From the NCBI GenBank assembly GCA_035554795.1, contig DATMHT010000404.1, forward strand, positions 1 through 59,163: DNA of 59,163 nucleotides, read 5' to 3'. The notes under the pieces are model-generated. The model had not been told where the DNA came from. It worked only from the letters and a program-made list of their open reading frames with translations, and ran no database searches. The stretch comes from Gemmatimonadaceae bacterium. GTDB taxonomy: Bacteria; Gemmatimonadota; Gemmatimonadetes; Gemmatimonadales; Gemmatimonadaceae. A program made the translations under genes and the position numbers. Shown here one piece after another: positions 52,621 through 59,163 of this stretch; positions within the stretch are counted from its first letter, which is position 1, and every line of letters begins with the position of its first letter.

Positions 52621-52775
52621 TCGGTTCGTTCGGCAACCCGACCGGCGTGGCCGTCGCGCGGCATCGTCGCCGTGCGATCGTGCGGTAGCCTCGTGGCTTT
52701 GCGTCCCCGCCTTTCGACGGGTTTGCCCTTGTCGCGACCCCGTGCCCGCGTGGGCGGTGGAGGTGCGATCCTGCC
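52621..52775 (-). promoter_or_regulatory. c-di-GMP-I (GEMM-I) riboswitch, copy 2
   Basis: The minus-strand RNA reads ...GCGACAAGGGCAAACCCGUCGAAAGGCGGGGACGCAAAGCCACGAGGCUAC...GCCGGUCGGGUUGCCGAACGAACC, followed by GGAG and the AUG at 52608. The tetraloop stem differs from copy 1 by a G-C to U-G change. Boundaries are approximate. Confidence 0.85.
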
Positions 52776-52809
52776 GAGGGATCGTCTGCCCTGCACTTTC
52801 CTGACGGAC

Positions 52810-52843
52810 GACGGCGCCGCACCGTCACCGGCGCGGCGCCGTC
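52810..52843 (-). terminator. hairpin downstream of the E1 dehydrogenase gene
   Basis: GACGGCGCCGC (52810-52820) / GCGGCGCCGTC (52833-52843), an 11-bp perfect stem about 40 nt past the stop at 52884. Confidence 0.55.
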
Positions 52844-52883
52844 GCCGCAAACAAGCGTCCCGATTCGACGTCCCGCGACGTCG

Positions 52884-55007
<2,124 letters not shown>

Positions 55008-55267
55008 CGGTCTCCAGTGAGAGGAAGGACGTCTCCGGGAGAATCTAGCGGCGCCGTTCGCGCGCTGGCCATAGCCCGAACGGCGTCAGCCGGAGGAAGG
55101 GCAGTTCTGCCCATGCGCTGCCCTGGGGCCACCACATGATTGTCACTGGCCCTCTCCCCAAAGCGATGTCGTTGCGGCCATGCGACCCAGCCCGACCGGG
55201 CTCGGGCAGGTCCCACGGGGAGCCAGCCGGCGCGATGCCGGTGTTGCAGTAGCAGGTGGAGGTCCAT

Positions 55268-55840
55268 ATGAAGCGCTCCCTCCTTCTCCCCCTCGCCGCG
55301 CTCGCGCTCGCCGCGTGCGCCGACGCTCCGACCACGCCGTCCGCCACCCCTCCCAACCTCAACGTCACGCAGGGCGCGCAGTACAAATCGGTGAGCAGGG
55401 CCATCAGCATCGCCGTGAGCACCCTGGGGTACCTGTTCGTGACGTTCGACGAGTCGGGTGTCGGCAACGCGACGGGCACGACCATCGAACGCGTCTACTA
55501 CCACGTGGACGCGCTGTACGCGTGCAAGAACAACGGCGGCAACTGGCCGACGGATCCGAAGAAGCAGGGCGTATCGTTCAGCGGCGCCTTCCAGTCAGAG
55601 TTCGCGAACAAGGGCGGCCGCACCAGTGGCACCCTCGAGGTGCCCGCCCCATCGGGAACGCTCTCGTGCCCAGGGGGGCAGAGCAAGACGCTCGTCGCGA
55701 TCCAGTGGATCACTGGTGGGGATCCCTCCGTGCGGTTCCGGCTCGTGGACGAGACCAACAGCGTGACCTACCTCCTCGCCAACATCGGGCCGGTGGTCCT
55801 CGACAGCTCGTACGACCTCTCGACGTCTCTGCCGCAGTAG
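55268..55840 (+). CDS. hypothetical lipoprotein
   Basis: ATG 55268 preceded by GGAGG. Signal peptide with lipobox (LALAAC). 190 aa, no family recognised. Confidence 0.6.
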   Translation: MKRSLLLPLAALALAACADAPTTPSATPPNLNVTQGAQYKSVSRAISIAVSTLGYLFVTFDESGVGNATGTTIERVYYHVDALYACKNNGGNWPTDPKKQGVSFSGAFQSEFANKGGRTSGTLEVPAPSGTLSCPGGQSKTLVAIQWITGGDPSVRFRLVDETNSVTYLLANIGPVVLDSSYDLSTSLPQ

Positions 55841-55887
55841 CCCGAGACTCGGGGCGGCGCGCTCGCGACGCCCGCCGCGTCGGCTAA

Positions 55888-55929
55888 CGCGATCGGGGCG
55901 AATGGCGCAGGCCATTCGCCCCGATCGCG
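55888..55929. terminator. 19-bp perfect hairpin between convergent genes
   Basis: CGCGATCGGGGCGAATGGC gcag GCCATTCGCCCCGATCGCG. Confidence 0.75.
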
Positions 55930-55984
55930 TCGGACAATGCGGAATCCCGCACGCCGAGCGGTCACGGTAGGGAGCGGGGGTCGG

Positions 55985-56878
55985 TCAGACCGTGCGCATC
56001 GGCCCGGACGGCCGCCGCGTTCCGAGCACCTTGCCGCCCACCTCGGCGCGCGAGTGGACGTTCAGCTTGAGCAGGACGCTCTCGGTGTGATGGCGCGCCG
56101 TGTGGGGACTGATCTCGAGCGTCTTCGCGATCTCGCCGTTGGAGTGTCCCTGCGCCAGCAGGAGCGCGACACCCGCCTCGCAGGCGGTGAGGTTGAATCG
56201 GTTGGCGAGCGCGAGCGGTGAGGGCAGCGACAGGGTGAGTCGCTCGAGCGTGACGATCACCGCGTGCTCGGCGCCGGGGAGCGCGTCCCCCAGCGGCGTC
56301 GCGTGCATCCGGTAGCGCGCGGTGGCGGTGCGCGTCTCGCGAGTCGCGGGACCGCATCCGGTCGCGGCGCCACCCGTGCCGCCACCATCGTCGTGGGCGC
56401 CGTCGCGGTGGGAGTCGCTGCCGTGGGCGCCGTTGCCGTGGTCTCGCGTGCCGGCCGGCGCGTGCCGCGGCAGCGAGAGGGCGAAGTAGCGCATCTCGCG
56501 GAGCAGCGCGCCGCGGTCGTCGTCCTCCAGCAGCGTGCGCTCGAGCGACGGGTTGCGGTAGAACATGCTCCCGGCGTCGTCGACGAGCAGCACTCCTTCG
56601 GTGAGGAAGTCGAGGACGCGCAGGAGCGCGCGGCCGGGCCGCTCGAGCTCCAGTGCCGGTAGGCGCACGGCGTCGGAGTGTGGCGTCAGCTCGATCGCGC
56701 GATCGGTGAAGCGACGGTCGGCGTGCTGGACGTGGTGGTGGAGCGACGCGAGCGAGTCGGTGAGCGACGGGCGGAGCACGGATTGCCTCCACTGAGCAGC
56801 GCCGCCGGGCGCCGTCGGCGTGGCCATGCGGGACGTCCATGACGCGACCGCTGCCACGATCGTGATCACGCGGCCCAT
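55985..56878 (-). CDS. LuxR/GerE-family transcriptional regulator (shorter third paralogue)
   Basis: C-terminal HTH LTACEAGVALLLAQGHSNGEIAKTLEISPHTARHHTESVLLKLN. The central VLLVDDAGSMFYRNPSLERTLL resembles LLFARDGSVLYENAALARLL of paralogue 1. Start ATG 56878 or 56827. Confidence 0.75.
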   Translation of the reverse strand: MGRVITIVAAVASWTSRMATPTAPGGAAQWRQSVLRPSLTDSLASLHHHVQHADRRFTDRAIELTPHSDAVRLPALELERPGRALLRVLDFLTEGVLLVDDAGSMFYRNPSLERTLLEDDDRGALLREMRYFALSLPRHAPAGTRDHGNGAHGSDSHRDGAHDDGGGTGGAATGCGPATRETRTATARYRMHATPLGDALPGAEHAVIVTLERLTLSLPSPLALANRFNLTACEAGVALLLAQGHSNGEIAKTLEISPHTARHHTESVLLKLNVHSRAEVGGKVLGTRRPSGPMRTV

Positions 56879-57109
56879 GGCCGCGGTCTGGCCGCGCGCA
56901 GGCGTCGTCGCCACGCCGGGGGCCAGTGCGGGTTGGATATAGTGCGCCAGATCACAATGGACAAGAGGGGGTCTCCCTATGGCGAGGGCCGAACCGGCGA
57001 GCTCTCGGAGACTTTCTAGGCAATTTTGCCCATCCGGGTCGGCGGACGACTGGCTATCTAGGCGCTGCCGTCCTCGCTTGCTCGCCGTCTTCGATCCCCG
57101 GGGTGCCAG

Positions 57110-57436
57110 ATGCCGGCGAACCCGGACCTCGCCAGCAAGAGCACGTTCGCCCGCGCCGTCGATGCGCTCTGTCTCTCGCGCGACGAGATCGCCCGCGCGC
57201 TGGGGCTGACGCCCGTGCTCCTCGACGCGTACACGGCGGGCACCGAGCCCGTCCCCTCCATCACGCAGCTCGAGCTCGTGGACGTGCTCAAGTCGCACGA
57301 GGCGATGCTCGGCGCGGCCGCGGGATCGCTGTACGAGGAGGCGATGCATCGCCTCGAGAGCAGCGGTCTTTCCCACCCGGTCTCCGGTCGCGAGCCGCCG
57401 CCGCCGCCGCATCCATCGTCGCGCCCGCGCGCCTAA
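57110..57436 (+). CDS. small hypothetical protein with possible HTH
   Basis: 108 aa with high GC3. LSRDEIARALGLTPVLLDAYTAG looks like a helix-turn-helix. Divergent from the third LuxR gene. Confidence 0.5.
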   Translation: MPANPDLASKSTFARAVDALCLSRDEIARALGLTPVLLDAYTAGTEPVPSITQLELVDVLKSHEAMLGAAAGSLYEEAMHRLESSGLSHPVSGREPPPPPHPSSRPRA

Positions 57437-57646
57437 CCGCTGGCGTGGCGGCAACCGCGCGCTGGCGCGCGCGGTGAGCGGGTGTGGCGGGTGCGGGCTC
57501 CTCGTCCGCTCGCCGGCGGCCGCTCCTTGACACGTGCCCATGTCCGCCAGATGTTCGCGCGGCGAGTCGCCCACTGGAGAGGGCCGGCTCCGGCACGAAC
57601 GCGCGACGCGGCGCGAACCTCGTCCGATCATCATCAGGAGCAGCGC

Positions 57647-58957
57647 ATGCCCACCCGCTCATCGCGCGCGCCGGCGCGCGTCGTCGCGGCGTTCGTCGCC
57701 CTCGTCGCCGCACTCACCATCATCCCGCAGCACGCCGCCGACGCCCAGAGCTTCGGCGACCGCCTGAAGAAGCGCGCCGAGGAGGCGGCGAAGCGCGCCG
57801 CCGAAGCACGCGCGGACCAGAAGGCCACCGAGGCGACGAACGCCGCGATGGACAAGGCCGAGAACGTGGTCAAGTGCGCGGCGAGCGACAAGAAGTGCAT
57901 CGACGACGCGAAGAAGGCCGGCAAGCGGGTGGAGACGGCGCCTGACGCGAGCGCCTCCGCTGGCGGCGGCGCTGGCGGGAGCGGGGCGGAGTCCGCGGCG
58001 GCGGGGAAGGTCGGCGAGGGCGCGTGGGTCAACTACGACTTCGTGCCCGGCAGCCGCCCGCTGTTCGTGGACGACTTCGCCGCCGACAACGTCGGCGACT
58101 TCCCGCGCCGCCTCGAGCTGGTGGACGGCAACATGGAGGTCGCGGAGCTCAAGAGCGGCGGGCGCATGCTCCGCGTGACGAGCTGGCCGGGGAAGTTCGC
58201 GATCCAGCTCCCCGAGACGCTCCCCGAGCGGTTCACGATCGAGTTCGACGCGACGCCGGGCTACAACGGCAACTACACCATCTTCCGGTTCGCCGACAAC
58301 GCGACCGACGACGTCCGCTTCCGCCGCTACGGCGACAAGGGGCAGGGAGGCGTCTTCGGGCGCAACCATCAGTCGCTCGGCTCGACGTCGGGCCGCGTGG
58401 ACGACGGCCAGACGTACCGCGGGCGGATCATGGCCGATGGGAAGTACGTGAAGGTGTACATGAACGACACCCGCATCGCGAACATCCCGAACGCGGACCT
58501 CGGCCGGTCGAACAAGATCCTCGTCGAGATCCCGGGCAAGGAGGACGCGCCGGCGTTCATCGGCAACGTGAGCGTGATGGCGGGCGGGAAGAAGCTCTAC
58601 GACGCGATCGCCGAGAAGGGACGCGTGGCGACGCAGGGCATCTACTTCGACATCGGCTCCGATCGCCTGCGTCCGGAATCGTCGCCGACGCTGAAGGAGA
58701 TCGCCGCCATGCTCAACGACCACCCCGATCTCAAGCTCACGATCGAGGGGCACACCGACAACGCCGGGGCGGCGGCGGCGAACCTGACGCTCTCGCAGAA
58801 GCGCGCCGACGCGGTGAAGGCGGCACTCGTCTCCACTTATGGCGTGGACGGTGGCCGGCTCGTCGCCCGGGGCCTCGGCCAGACGAAGCCGGCGGCGCCG
58901 AACACGACGCCCGAGGGTCGGCAGCAGAACCGCCGCGTCGAGCTCGTGAGGATGTAG
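57647..58957 (+). CDS. OmpA-family (peptidoglycan-associated) protein with N-terminal jelly-roll/lectin-like domain
   Basis: ATG 57647 preceded by AGGAG. Signal peptide. C-terminal OmpA_C motif TIEGHTDNAGAAAANLTLSQKRADAV...NRRVELV. Confidence 0.88.
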   Translation: MPTRSSRAPARVVAAFVALVAALTIIPQHAADAQSFGDRLKKRAEEAAKRAAEARADQKATEATNAAMDKAENVVKCAASDKKCIDDAKKAGKRVETAPDASASAGGGAGGSGAESAAAGKVGEGAWVNYDFVPGSRPLFVDDFAADNVGDFPRRLELVDGNMEVAELKSGGRMLRVTSWPGKFAIQLPETLPERFTIEFDATPGYNGNYTIFRFADNATDDVRFRRYGDKGQGGVFGRNHQSLGSTSGRVDDGQTYRGRIMADGKYVKVYMNDTRIANIPNADLGRSNKILVEIPGKEDAPAFIGNVSVMAGGKKLYDAIAEKGRVATQGIYFDIGSDRLRPESSPTLKEIAAMLNDHPDLKLTIEGHTDNAGAAAANLTLSQKRADAVKAALVSTYGVDGGRLVARGLGQTKPAAPNTTPEGRQQNRRVELVRM

Positions 58958-58976
58958 CGCCGAGCAGAGCGGCGGC

Positions 58977-59037
58977 GGGAATGGGGAGCGGGAGCGGGCT
59001 TGCCGTTTGCAATCGCTACTCCCGACTCCCCCTTCCC
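58977..59037. repeat. G-tract/C-tract imperfect palindrome after the OmpA-like gene
   Basis: GGGAATGGGGAGCGGGAGCGGG (58977-58998) vs CTCCCGACTCCCCCTTCCC (59019-59037). Complementary apart from one bulge and one mismatch. Confidence 0.65.
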
Positions 59038-59052
59038 ACCGTCCCCACTCCG

Positions 59053-59163
59053 ATGCCAGCCGAGACATCTCCCTGCGTTTTCTGCGACATCATCCACGGC
59101 GCCGCCGAAGTCTCCGTGTGCTACGAGGACGCGACGGCGATCGCGTTCATGGACATCCAGCCG
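59053..59163 (+). CDS. HIT-family (histidine triad) protein, 5' partial (runs off the window)
   Basis: ATG 59053. MPAETSPCVFCDIIHGAAEVSVCYEDATAIAFMDIQP has the typical HIT N-terminus (C-x-F-C-x-I ... AF.D). Only 37 codons are visible. Confidence 0.6.
   Translation, partial: MPAETSPCVFCDIIHGAAEVSVCYEDATAIAFMDIQP

Overview
59.2-kb, very GC-rich bacterial chromosomal segment. Lipobox lipoproteins, OmpA-like and Wza-like genes indicate a diderm; the taxon cannot be fixed from the sequence alone. Many long ORFs in the six-frame track are GC-driven antisense or out-of-frame artefacts. I kept only frames with recognisable motifs, strong GC3 bias and sensible starts.

Layout:
(1) 0-12.4 kb holds housekeeping genes: DUF155 protein, alpha/beta hydrolase, 2Fe-2S ferredoxin, HtpX, HNH endonuclease, TerC, amidohydrolase. 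It also holds a NuiA-like nuclease inhibitor next to a 1000-aa multidomain secreted DNA/RNA non-specific nuclease.
(2) 12.4-13.2 kb is an ~860-bp non-coding leader.
(3) 13.2-42.8 kb is one co-directional, largely translationally coupled 22-gene polysaccharide locus. It encodes a priming phosphoglycosyl transferase, Wza/Wzc-like OPX/PCP-kinase, a Wzm/Wzt ABC exporter, about 10 glycosyltransferases, two methyltransferases, NodB and PIG-L deacetylases, a GT4-kinase fusion, a Wzy/WaaL-like membrane protein and a beta-propeller protein.
(4) 42.8-52.6 kb holds three secreted lipoproteins: a beta-helix lyase-like protein, an unknown adhesin-like protein and an S8 protease. They are interleaved with a sugar-nucleotide epimerase and two tandem LuxR-type paralogues.
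(5) 52.9-59.2 kb holds a fused E1 alpha/beta 2-oxoacid dehydrogenase, a third LuxR-type regulator, an OmpA-like protein and a partial HIT gene.

The best find is in region (4). The lyase-like and protease genes each carry a clear GEMM-I (c-di-GMP-I) riboswitch in the leader. The third secreted gene has a weaker, related-looking leader.

Other notable points: a family of G-tract/C-tract long palindromes at gene ends; a ~2.4-kb insertion in the polysaccharide operon bounded by 32-nt direct repeats; a GT2 fused to a degenerate NodB remnant.

I recognised no rRNA, tRNA, CRISPR array, transposase or integrase. All RNA-element boundaries and several start codons are approximate, because nothing could be computed.
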